A stretch of DNA of 64,000 nt from Saprolegnia diclina VS20 (taxonomy: Eukaryota): the NCBI RefSeq assembly GCF_000281045.1, contig NW_008246076.1, positions 1 to 64,000 of the forward strand. Direction: 5' to 3'. This document shows positions 1-10,436 of this stretch, in pieces; position 1 is the stretch's first letter, and each line of letters starts with the position of its first letter. The translations under genes were made by a program, and so were the position numbers. The notes beneath the pieces were generated by a model. That model was not told the origin of the DNA. It saw nothing but the letters and a program-made list of their open reading frames with translations, and did not search any database.

Positions 1-699
1 GGCAATTCCATTCTAAACGTGATGTTGTCAGCAAGTAGCGTCGGCGTCGTGGCGTCCTGCCTCTAAGCTGGCGCTACGGTCTTAGTTTGGAGTGCGTTGT
101 GCCTCTCAGATGGCACTACGATCTTAGTTTGGCGCGCGTCTTGGGTCGCGTCTCGCTACCGCTGTACGCCTCGCAAGCAAGCGCGCCCTCGCTTTACATG
201 CTCTCCAAAGCGTCCTCTACTATTATGCCAAGTCTTGGACATTTCGTTTTCGAACGCAAAGTGGTCGATCGCGCGGCCTGGCGATGCTGCACCGGATATC
301 CGGATAATGTGGCTAATAACACGCAAGCAGTCGCGGAGCGTTCCCGATTGCGAATTGATGGCCAACGTCGGTCAAAATACAAGATGGCTCCTACGTCGTA
401 GCGTGATAAAGTTTGCTTTGAACAGCACGGAGCACCAAGCTGCACTGTCGTGCGCGGCCTACAGCGCTCGAAACTCGTATCCAAAGTGATGCCGAATTGC
501 ACTATTTGCGGCATTACGATGAACTTGTACATGGCACATGCCATTTTCAACGAATGAAACGCATCAGAAGCACTCTTGCCGTCGCCACTCGTGGTCGCCC
601 CTTGAGAGTATACGAGCGCAATTGGACATGCTATTTGAGTTGCGTTTACAGGCAGCTAGTGCGCACTTGTTTCTACTTGGCGCCTTCGCCGTCACTGTC

Positions 700-1293
700 G
701 TCTTCGTTGAGCTTGAGCATGAGATTGGAGGGAACACGGCGGGCGTACTCGACGAGGAGCTTGCCTGGCTCGCATCGCTACGCGGTTGACGACCTTGTTG
801 GTGGCGTCCGTGAGGCCCACAGCGAGCGCCGAGACAAGCGCCGTGTCGACCTTGACCGCGAGGCCAACTTGACGAGCGAGTTCTCATCGCAAGCGAGCAC
901 CACGAGCGTCGGGACGACAGGCGCCGCAAGCGTGGTGGCAATCCACGTCGGCACCGACGAGAGACTGATAGAGCCCGATGCTACCAGCGCCGCCGAGTTG
1001 GAAAACGTCCAGAGCTCCGTCGACGGCTGCACGAGCTCCTCGACCATCGCGACACCATGTTCTTCGCTGCTGAGCGAGACCGCGAGGGCGAGGCCGTTGC
1101 CCGCGCGCACACGCCGGAGGTCGTCGTCCATGATGAGGAGACCGCGAAGGGCGTCTTCCACTGCGCGCAGTGGACGCCGAGATTTTGGCGCCGACGCGGG
1201 TGAGAATCGCAACCAGCGCGTCAAGGCTTGCCTCCTGGACGCCGTCGTCGACGCAGCCTTGTCCGTGAGCTCGGCAATGAGCGGGTCCATACT
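700..1293 (-). pseudogene. Frameshifted relic resembling C-terminal HEAT repeats of translational activator GCN1
   Basis: Joining alternate frames gives MDPLIAELTDKA / VDDGVQEASLDALVAILTRVGAKIS / AVEDALRGLLIMDDDLRRVRAG...ALVSALAVGLTDANKVVNRVAMR, reminiscent of the GCN1 C-terminus. Frameshifts are not explained by introns. Similarity is from memory. Confidence 0.4.
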
Positions 1294-1874
1294 TCACAGT
1301 TGTGACCACTGCTCATGGTCACTGAAGTTATCTCCGGAACGGCGGTGCTGTCGTGCTCCGGTAGCATTGCGGGCTGTGTCAAAGTCGATTTGAAGCTCGA
1401 CTGACATGGTTTCTATTGGCTTGATTTTAATTTTTTTATAGCTAATCACAAGACTACGTTTATATAGTGTGCGTTTCCACTGCACCACAATGACAAATCG
1501 CAACCCACAGACTCGCCATACCCCACGTAGCAGATATGTAGGCCTCTCTACACACTCACTGAACGGCGTACATGTTGTTTCCAACGCTGAACGCGGCGTA
1601 ATCACGCGTAAATCCATTTTTCATTTTTTGGTGGTGGCACAATGGCTCAATTACTCAACATGACATCGCGGGGTTTGAAAGCTCCAAGAGCCCCGATTCC
1701 GGCTGCCACAGTTGGCTATGGATCTTGACCCGATGTGCGACCAGTTTGTTGGGCCGCGCCGTTGCTTGGGCGCTCACACCAAACTCAAACTGCCGAGCGT
1801 CGGTTTTCCCAAAATGCGGCACGATATTTCGATTGAAAATAGGTTGAAATCGCGGAAACTGAGGACGCCATCTC

Positions 1875-2827
1875 NNNNNNNNNNNNNNNNNNNNNNNNNN
1901 NNNNNNNNNNNNNNNNNNNNNNNNNNNNNNNNNNNNNNNNNNNNNNNNNNNNNNNNNNNNNNNNNNNNNNNNNNNNNNNNNNNNNNNNNNNNNNNNNNNN
2001 NNNNNNNNNNNNNNNNNNNNNNNNNNNNNNNNNNNNNNNNNNNNNNNNNNNNNNNNNNNNNNNNNNNNNNNNNNNNNNNNNNNNNNNNNNNNNNNNNNNN
2101 NNNNNNNNNNNNNNNNNNNNNNNNNNNNNNNNNNNNNNNNNNNNNNNNNNNNNNNNNNNNNNNNNNNNNNNNNNNNNNNNNNNNNNNNNNNNNNNNNNNN
2201 NNNNNNNNNNNNNNNNNNNNNNNNNNNNNNNNNNNNNNNNNNNNNNNNNNNNNNNNNNNNNNNNNNNNNNNNNNNNNNNNNNNNNNNNNNNNNNNNNNNN
2301 NNNNNNNNNNNNNNNNNNNNNNNNNNNNNNNNNNNNNNNNNNNNNNNNNNNNNNNNNNNNNNNNNNNNNNNNNNNNNNNNNNNNNNNNNNNNNNNNNNNN
2401 NNNNNNNNNNNNNNNNNNNNNNNNNNNNNNNNNNNNNNNNNNNNNNNNNNNNNNNNNNNNNNNNNNNNNNNNNNNNNNNNNNNNNNNNNNNNNNNNNNNN
2501 NNNNNNNNNNNNNNNNNNNNNNNNNNNNNNNNNNNNNNNNNNNNNNNNNNNNNNNNNNNNNNNNNNNNNNNNNNNNNNNNNNNNNNNNNNNNNNNNNNNN
2601 NNNNNNNNNNNNNNNNNNNNNNNNNNNNNNNNNNNNNNNNNNNNNNNNNNNNNNNNNNNNNNNNNNNNNNNNNNNNNNNNNNNNNNNNNNNNNNNNNNNN
2701 NNNNNNNNNNNNNNNNNNNNNNNNNNNNNNNNNNNNNNNNNNNNNNNNNNNNNNNNNNNNNNNNNNNNNNNNNNNNNNNNNNNNNNNNNNNNNNNNNNNN
2801 NNNNNNNNNNNNNNNNNNNNNNNNNNN
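1875..2827. other. Assembly gap (N run)
   Basis: Run of N in sequence. Confidence 1.
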
Positions 2828-3010
2828 CCTCTCTCGAGCTAGAGAAAGCGTCCCTGAAAGTATCACAGCGATTTGAGAAGGTTGCAAAAGTTTCGATTTG
2901 GTAACTTAGTCTGGAGGAGCCTCAGACGGTCGAATAGAGTCACGATCTGGCCGCGTCATTGCTTGGATGATGCATTGGGCCTGTCAGTAAGAGACGTTCT
3001 TCCCGATGAC

Positions 3011-6000
3011 TTAGCAAATGCGATCGAGCGGCAGGACGGCGCCAACGTCAAACGGACACTGAGCCTCGGGTTCGACGACAAAGGTCCGCCAGCACTTGAT
3101 GTCAAAGACGTATAAAACGTCGCGGTAGCGCCACGTCACGAGGCCACCCATGGCAGCCGACATGCGGTCCATGTACTGGCGACCGTTGACGACCCATTTT
3201 GCGAGGTTGGACGAGTAGACGCTTGTCGTATTGAGAAGAAGCGACGGCGCTGGTGCCAACGGAAGCTGCGGACGTCGTAGCCGCTCCACGAGCGCCAAAA
3301 TAAGAACACACGCGAGGCAGAGACCGACGTCAATACTGACACGACTCCAATGGCCCAAATCAACGTGACCGCTGGTGCACACCAGCGCCAGATCCATGTC
3401 GACGTAGCTACAATGTCGGTGCACGTAAGCAATGTAGTGTTTCGGGACAGCAAACGTCCAGGCCGCTGCGACCACGCAGGCCGCGACCGAGCTCTTCCAG
3501 GCGTATGACGGCGTGTACTGTCGCGTGACGCAGCTCAAGAGATCGTTGGCGATGTACACCAGCCACGTGAGCTCGGACGACGCAAGAAGCGTCGGGAACC
3601 ACCCGAGCGGCAGCGCTAAAAAGCGCGCGCCGGCGCCAATGGCCTTGAGCTCCAGCGAAGGTGTGTTGAGCAGCCATAGCGCCGTGACGCCGCGCACCAA
3701 TAGAAGTGTTCGGCCGATCCACGCGTGGCCAATGAGCCGGTTGATCGCAAATAGGTTCATGCCCTCAATGTGGCCACGGCATACGAAAATGGCATAATAG
3801 GCCGCGACGCCCGCGCCCGCCATGATGGCACCGGTGACGTACCGGACACATTGCTGACAGACGTACGAGAGGCGCGTCGGGATTGCGGCTTCGGTTAACG
3901 TGAGTGATGCCGGAGTCGTGTAGCGAGAGATGGCCGTGACCGTGCCGCCGTCGCCTTGGAACGAGACGACTTCGCGCTGGCCAATGACCCACGCAGTCAC
4001 GTAGTTCCATCCAAAGAACGTCCAAGGTCGGTCGGAGGGGTCCAAAAGATTGATTCTGTACAGCTCCATGCTGCCGCTGCGGTTGATGTACTGCGTCATC
4101 TCGATCGAGAGGGCTTGCAGGTCGGCCTCGGCTGCCGTCGCGAGTGGACGAAAGCTGTCTCGGGCGTTCGTCAAGTGGTTGAGCATAAAGGCATAGGAGG
4201 CGGCGTAGATGGCCGCGCAGTTGGGCTCGGCGTACACGTCACTGGCGCAAAACAGGTCAAAGTCGAGACTTGGCTCGAGGCGGTGGACGGCGTCGAAAGC
4301 CGCAAGCGCAAAAACGAGCCCGGTCGTCGTCGGAGTTAGAAAGTCGAGGTATCGCCACGCGCACACCGTGTCGGCGCTAAAGAGCGTCAGGAGTGCGCCC
4401 GAGGGGCGGGATCCCGGGAGGTCGTTGCCGCACATAAGGTTACCCCCGACAAGACGCAGACTTGGGTCGTTCAAGAGGGTTCTTGGGAGCTGCCCAATGT
4501 ATGTTTTGGCAGGCAGACTGAGAAACTCCGTCTGCGCCTCCACATTCAAGCTCGCTACGCTTCCGACCGCGTGCAAAACGTAGTCGTAGAGAGCTAGCAG
4601 CGACGGGGGGCAGCTCACGTACACCATGTCGACGGCGCCAAACGGCCCCAATGAGCTATGATACAGCGCCAAACCCGGGTTGAGAGGCGCATAGAGCGTT
4701 CGGTTTTCAAAGAGCAATTGTGCGCGTGTCGCATTTGTAAAGGCAAACTTGGGACTACTGCGGAGGAGCGACAAGCCGCCGATGCTGGTTGCATTGTTGG
4801 CGACGGCCCAGAGGTCGCTGGCGAGACCCCAGTACATGCGATGGGACGTCTGGCGATCGAGGTGCAGAACGCCTTTGCGCTCACTGATGGGCAGCGTGTA
4901 CGGAAGGCCGAACGGCGTAGTGATGACCATCGCGTCACTTAGCCCCGTGTCTTTGTAGTTTTGCCATTGCAGCAAAAACACCGAGATGCCATACGCCTTC
5001 CAAACGTCGACTTCCTCGGGTACAGACAGCAGATTCGATTGAACAAGCTGCAGCCAGCGACGGCCCGTCACAGTCGCCGCCAAGTCGTTGCCGATACCGA
5101 CATCGAACGAAGTGCCCCAGCACGAGCGCCACGTCGTCCAGTCCTGTACATTGCGCAGACTCGTCTCGAGGTACCGGGCGCCGTTGTGCTGGCTCGCCGT
5201 ACATCGTACTTGCCGCTGGCGAGTGCTGGCCATTTCCCACGTTCGATCCAGGTCCAGCCAGCAGTACTGCGTAAACATCCACGGCAGCTGACACGGGTCC
5301 ATGGCTCGGAGTCCCAGCACGAGCTCCTGCAGCGGCGCGGAGGCGTTGAAGAGGTACCGTCGCGCCATCGTGGGGTACCACGTGACAGTCGTAGCAGACG
5401 AGTTGTACGACTGGAGCGGGTCGCCAAACATCGGGTCGTGCAGTGCGAGGGTGGCGTCAGTGGACGTGAGGAGCTGCCGGTTGAACGTATTGGCGAGAAA
5501 AGCGTGCATGCCGGTGGAATTGAAGCCGGGCCAGCCAAAGTCGTTGCCTAGCGCTGTCTCCAAGACGCTGAGGTACGCAGTGTTGCTCCAGAGCGTCACG
5601 CCAATGTACGAGAGACCGACAAAGCGCAAAAGCCGCTGCACAGACTTGCGGCGGAGCACAGAAGGTGCGGTCGTCGCTGCGCGCGAGGCCGTCGACGGGG
5701 CGCTGAACGGCAGCACGGTTACGCGGGCATGAGCCGCCGACGCCAGCGCAGTGCCGTCCGACGGCAAAGCCAGCCAGAGCTTGAGATCAAATACGTAGGT
5801 GTGGTCTCGCCACGCTAGAGGCACGAGACCACACATGACGGCGGTGACCATGCTCACTTGGTGGCCCGTCGCTGTGACGTGGAGAGGGGCCATTTGGGGC
5901 AGCATGGCGCTGGGGCGGAGCATCGGTCCCTGCGTCGAGCTCCGTTGTCGCCAGATTGACCACGCAAAGGACGCGACAATGACGGCCCCGACGACCGCAG

Positions 6001-8293
6001 TCACGACGACGCTTCGATGAAAGCTGCCAGCGCGAACGGTTCCACTAGCGCAGTACGTCGTTTGATCCATATTGATGGCGTAGCACTGTCGGTCGAGGGA
6101 CGCGGAGGGCGTAATGGGCGCCACTTGGTCGATCAAAACGAGCACGAACCACCCCATGAACGCAATCGGGAGCTCGAGCCAGGCGTCGCTCAGTGGCATC
6201 AGCACATCGTGGGCCACATGTGCGAGCCAGAGAGTTTCCAGCGCAAGCAAGCTCGATATCCAGATCGAACGTGGCGCTAGCACGAGGCGTGTCAAGCCAT
6301 GGGTCGAAGCGTCAAGTGGCGCCGTGGCCAAGCACAGTATGGCCGCGACGCTTCGAAATACCAAGAGGTTGCGACTCACCCACACGGACGCCACCAAAGG
6401 CGTGAAGCGCAGCCAATCGTAGCCCGCGCTGCTGCTGCAACAGCGCAGGCCGAAGAGCAGCACCGCGAGGGCGGCCAATGTGCTCGATGTGACTGTCGCT
6501 AGATACCAGAGGTACGGTCCAAACGCTGCGGGCGGCGCCATCGGGTCGGCGGCCACGGCGTCGTACAAGGTCGAGACGAGTGTGTGGGTGCCCTCGTCGC
6601 CTTGGAACGAGACGACTTCGCGAAAGTTAGTCGCCCAGTCGTAGAGGTACATAGCGCCGAGAAACACAAAATCGGGCGCCAACAGAAGCTGCTGGTCGAT
6701 CGTGATGGCAGCTTGGTTGGTGCTCAAGATTTGGAGGAGTCCTATCTGCAGCGCCGCCAACTCCGATAGCAGCGAAGGATCGAGAGGCGGAGGCGACATT
6801 GCTGCGTAGAGCGTCGTGGCGTCGGCAAGAAGCCGCTCGCACGCCTGCGGAGCACCGGGGAATGGCGCGCAGACGTCGGTCGCCGAGACCGAGCCGCCAA
6901 GCAGCCAGAGTGCAAAGGCGGCGTTGAAGCCGTGCCACTCGAGCGTCAACGGCGTCTGGCTGCTGCAAATGTCATCGAACCCAAAGGTTTGCTGCACAAA
7001 GCTCTGGGGTGTCCCCGTCGTGCACATTGGGTTGCCCGAGACAAAACGTAGTTGCGGATTTGCCCAGCGGCGTGGCGTCGGGTAGAGACTCTCACGGGCC
7101 ATATCGATCGCTGGCAGCGACGATACAGCGACCAAATGTGCGTTGATGGCGGCTTGAAAGGTTGCGACGGCAGCGACCAAGCTATGGGGCGGCGGCATCC
7201 ACTTGGCGTCGATGCTGCCGAGTGAGCCGATCATGTCGTGGATGGCTTGCTGTGCCGGTCGCAGTGGGAGGCCCTGTGCATACGCCTCGATCTGGCTGAC
7301 GTCAATGTCGCCAAAGTAGTTGGTCGTGCCTCGCACGAGACTTTGGTTGAGTCCAATCGCGTACAAGTCGTTGTAGAGAAGGTTGTAGAGCACTTTGGTC
7401 GTCCGGAACGTCCAGCGATTGGTCGTTGGCATCGTCTTGAGCGGCAAGAGCAAGCTTTGGCCGAGCGCCGTCTCGACTTGAACTGTCTCCAACACGCCAA
7501 TGCGGATGCCGGTGCCGTACTGCAGCGTGTAGCGGTTGAGCCCGAACGACGTCCAGAGCGCCACTTCATCCGACTCTGCGGTCCACACGTGCGTCTGCAG
7601 CGCCGAGAGCCACGCGGCACCGGGTGCCCCGCTTCTCGCGATCGGGTGGGCGATCGCAGACAAAAAGAGCCCTTGCGTCGCCTCCAGAAAGCCGTTGAAA
7701 TCGATGTTGCGGAGCACTGTCTCGAGGTGCACGGCGCCGTTGGTGGCTTCCGTCTGCTTGCACCGCGCCTGGCGCTTCACAGTGTACGCGAGCTCGTACG
7801 TTTTGTTGAGATCGGCCCAGCAGTAGGGCGAGACCATCATGACGACTTGAGTCGCGGCCAGTCGGCGGAGACCGCGCACGCCATCCAAGAGGCGCGTGAG
7901 CTCTTGGTACATGATGAGGCGCGGATACGCCGGGCTCACGCCTTGCAGCAACGGCACGTAGGCAGCTTGGGGCGCGACTACGTCAACTGCGCCGATCCCC
8001 GTGACGGCGAGCCGGTGGTTAAGTGCAGCGACAAGGACTGGTACCGCAGTGCCAAAGTTGGGAACGAGGAAGTCCGTCTCGAGGTACGAGGCAAAGACAA
8101 GGAGGGCGTAGACGCCGAGTCCCACTGCAACGACGACAGAGAGCATTCCGCCGATCTCGAGGAGAAAAGGCAAACGAAGCGACGGAGGCGGATCATTCAT
8201 CGTCTTGGGCAGCACATGGATCGAGGACGTTGCGGTCGACGATCCCGCATACACGCGCATCTGCGAGCGCTGGCTTTTCGCATCACTGGACAT
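3011..8293 (-). CDS. Giant (~1760 aa) intronless multi-pass membrane protein with internal two-fold duplication (oomycete-expanded family, unknown function)
   Basis: Long ORF. Repeated motifs YCWADL..CKQ..NGAVHLETVLRN and YCWLDL..CTA..NGARYLETSLRN; REVVSFQGD occurs twice; YVFDLK/YVFDIK; two hydrophobic TM clusters. First ATG at 8293. Confidence 0.9.
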   Translation of the reverse strand: MSSDAKSQRSQMRVYAGSSTATSSIHVLPKTMNDPPPSLRLPFLLEIGGMLSVVVAVGLGVYALLVFASYLETDFLVPNFGTAVPVLVAALNHRLAVTGIGAVDVVAPQAAYVPLLQGVSPAYPRLIMYQELTRLLDGVRGLRRLAATQVVMMVSPYCWADLNKTYELAYTVKRQARCKQTEATNGAVHLETVLRNIDFNGFLEATQGLFLSAIAHPIARSGAPGAAWLSALQTHVWTAESDEVALWTSFGLNRYTLQYGTGIRIGVLETVQVETALGQSLLLPLKTMPTTNRWTFRTTKVLYNLLYNDLYAIGLNQSLVRGTTNYFGDIDVSQIEAYAQGLPLRPAQQAIHDMIGSLGSIDAKWMPPPHSLVAAVATFQAAINAHLVAVSSLPAIDMARESLYPTPRRWANPQLRFVSGNPMCTTGTPQSFVQQTFGFDDICSSQTPLTLEWHGFNAAFALWLLGGSVSATDVCAPFPGAPQACERLLADATTLYAAMSPPPLDPSLLSELAALQIGLLQILSTNQAAITIDQQLLLAPDFVFLGAMYLYDWATNFREVVSFQGDEGTHTLVSTLYDAVAADPMAPPAAFGPYLWYLATVTSSTLAALAVLLFGLRCCSSSAGYDWLRFTPLVASVWVSRNLLVFRSVAAILCLATAPLDASTHGLTRLVLAPRSIWISSLLALETLWLAHVAHDVLMPLSDAWLELPIAFMGWFVLVLIDQVAPITPSASLDRQCYAINMDQTTYCASGTVRAGSFHRSVVVTAVVGAVIVASFAWSIWRQRSSTQGPMLRPSAMLPQMAPLHVTATGHQVSMVTAVMCGLVPLAWRDHTYVFDLKLWLALPSDGTALASAAHARVTVLPFSAPSTASRAATTAPSVLRRKSVQRLLRFVGLSYIGVTLWSNTAYLSVLETALGNDFGWPGFNSTGMHAFLANTFNRQLLTSTDATLALHDPMFGDPLQSYNSSATTVTWYPTMARRYLFNASAPLQELVLGLRAMDPCQLPWMFTQYCWLDLDRTWEMASTRQRQVRCTASQHNGARYLETSLRNVQDWTTWRSCWGTSFDVGIGNDLAATVTGRRWLQLVQSNLLSVPEEVDVWKAYGISVFLLQWQNYKDTGLSDAMVITTPFGLPYTLPISERKGVLHLDRQTSHRMYWGLASDLWAVANNATSIGGLSLLRSSPKFAFTNATRAQLLFENRTLYAPLNPGLALYHSSLGPFGAVDMVYVSCPPSLLALYDYVLHAVGSVASLNVEAQTEFLSLPAKTYIGQLPRTLLNDPSLRLVGGNLMCGNDLPGSRPSGALLTLFSADTVCAWRYLDFLTPTTTGLVFALAAFDAVHRLEPSLDFDLFCASDVYAEPNCAAIYAASYAFMLNHLTNARDSFRPLATAAEADLQALSIEMTQYINRSGSMELYRINLLDPSDRPWTFFGWNYVTAWVIGQREVVSFQGDGGTVTAISRYTTPASLTLTEAAIPTRLSYVCQQCVRYVTGAIMAGAGVAAYYAIFVCRGHIEGMNLFAINRLIGHAWIGRTLLLVRGVTALWLLNTPSLELKAIGAGARFLALPLGWFPTLLASSELTWLVYIANDLLSCVTRQYTPSYAWKSSVAACVVAAAWTFAVPKHYIAYVHRHCSYVDMDLALVCTSGHVDLGHWSRVSIDVGLCLACVLILALVERLRRPQLPLAPAPSLLLNTTSVYSSNLAKWVVNGRQYMDRMSAAMGGLVTWRYRDVLYVFDIKCWRTFVVEPEAQCPFDVGAVLPLDRIC

Positions 8294-8559
8294 GGAGGCT
8301 AGTAGCAAACTGCGTTTCGCGAGCCCTTTCGGTTGTCGTTTCGCTTGGTTTCATATCTGGATAGAAAGGCTCTGGGCACAAATAGACGCCGTCGAAACGA
8401 GCGCCGTCGCCATTGGTGTTTCCCTTATTATACACGACTAGAACAACATTCTTCCCACAACTTGTATCAAGGGACACGGCAATTTTAACACGAGGTTACT
8501 CAGTAAATAGCCTCGTTTTCATTCTAGTAGAATGTACAAAATATTTAGCTCGACCTGAT

Positions 8560-9235
8560 GAGTTGGAGCGCGCGGGCCAGGTGATGCGCCGACGGATGCA
8601 ACGCCGTTGCCGCTTGATGGCTTCGTCGGCCACCGAGAGGCGGTCGCCTTTAGCGAGAGCGCTGAGCCAGCTCGCTGTGGGGCTTGAGCGAGGGCAATTC
8701 TTTGGCAACCCCAATCTCAAACGACGTGCCCGGCACGACTCAAAAGTGGGCCAGCTGACATTTCTCAAAATCGCCTCCAAGTAGGCTGCACCATTGCTGC
8801 TGACCTGAGCCCGACACCGCGCTTGACGGGCGATGGAGTTAGGCGCCTCAATCTGTCGATCAAAGTCGAGCCAGCATAGCGACTGAATCGTAAGGTCTTA
8901 CCCAAGCATGTTGACCACCGAAAAGAACTCGTGCTACCCAATCTTGCAGTCGTTGCTCCACTGCAGCTGGAAGCGCGCAATCTGGTGTCCAGTACGCTGC
9001 TTCGTTTTCGAGAGACTGGTACACGCTCCGGTAGAGTCTGTACCACACACAGCCTTCTGGCGTCCCCACAATCGCGTCGCGCCACCAAACTCAAAGCTAG
9101 CGCCATAGATGGCGTCCCAGTTGAGGTTGTGGAGGCACGCCTCAAGGTACACGGCGCCATTGTCGGTCATTGTAGCAGCGCATCGTCAACTGCGACGCCG
9201 TTTCGCAAGGTCGCGGATCGCGAAACGTCCGACGA
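8560..9235 (-). pseudogene. Degraded, internally deleted paralog of the 3011-8293 membrane-protein family
   Basis: Fragments NGAVYLEACLHNLNWD, ARFQLQWSN and LCWLDFDRQ...RQARC...NGAAYLEAILRNVSW match both repeat cores of the neighbouring gene; stops and frameshifts present. Confidence 0.85.
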
Positions 9236-9243
9236 CGAATCGC

Positions 9244-10436
9244 ATGGCGTCGGTGCTGCGGGAGACGGCGGCGCACGCGGCCAAGGCCAAGAAGCCGCTC
9301 TCGGACCTCAACCAGATTCGTCAAGCGGTGCGTCGACCGCCATTCTCCGCTTCATTTCTTAGGCTACACTAGATCAAGGGTCTGCAAAAGGACGCGGCCG
9401 AGCAGCTGCAGCTCGAGATGGAGTCGCAAGCGACGTTTGCGTACTTGAGCTCGCAGCTGCAGGCGCTCAAGCAGGCGTTTGAGACGCTCTCGGACGTGCT
9501 CATGGCCGAGGCAAGTCAGCATCCCAAGTCTGCTCATCGAGCGAGCACGTAGGTGGACGGTGTGCGCAAGAACACCAGCAAACGGCTCGAGACGCTCGAA
9601 AATCAAGTCGACAAGCAAAAGGAGCTCACTCTTGGTGCCCAGCGCGAGCTGGAGCAGGCCAAGCGCGCGTGGGACGTCTGGAGCTTGAAAGAGCGGTGCG
9701 CAAATTGCTATAAGATCGTAGATTTGCAACTGTGGACTAGGGACTGGGCCAAGGACCATGAGATTCTCAAAGCGAGCCACAGCCACAACATTGAGTGGAT
9801 GCAAGCGCTTCAGCGCGACGTCATGGAGACCAAAGACCGCGTGCACGAGCTTCGGCACGACCACGCGACACGAGCCAAACGTATACTTTTTCTAGTCGAT
9901 TGAGATTGAGATTGAGATTGACGTGGTAGACATGGCCGACGAGGCCTCGGACTTGCGCATCCTGTGGCAAAAGCAAGTCGAGAGTCTTCAGGCGCAGCTC
10001 GCGGGTTTTGAGGCGTCGGCCGCCACGCACGCCCGCGAAACCAAGATCCACGCGCAGCAGCGGCTCGACGACCTCGCCATGATGGAGCAGGCAGTCACAA
10101 CCCTCTCGGGCCACCACACACGCCTCGCGCAAACCCTCGATGAGGGTCTCCAGCACCTCCAGGTACCCTCCAACCCCAATACGATCCATCGTTACACTAC
10201 ATGCAGAGCGAAGTGGGTCTTGTGACGCGACGCACCGAGGCAAGTGAGCAGCGCGTTCACAGCAACACGACGCAGCTCGAGCAGGTGCGCGGGAAGCTCT
10301 TCGTCATGGAGCGGGACCAGAGCCAGCGCATGGAGAGCATTAGCACCATGTTTTCGGTAATGCTTTGCGATCGTCTGAAGCGTAAAATGGAGTGCATTTG
10401 TCCTAGGTAGTGGCTGACGCGATGGCCAAAGCTTAG
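9244..10436 (+). CDS. Multi-exon coiled-coil protein of unknown function
   Basis: Spliced reading MASVLRETAA...IKGLQKDAAEQLQLE...VDGVRKNTSKRLE...VVADAMAKA*. Six short introns, one GC-AG (9511-9552). Heptad-rich composition. Confidence 0.8.

Noticed and set aside
1655..2887. ORFs spanning N runs (also 21273-23646)
   Set aside because: Artefacts of translating assembly gaps.
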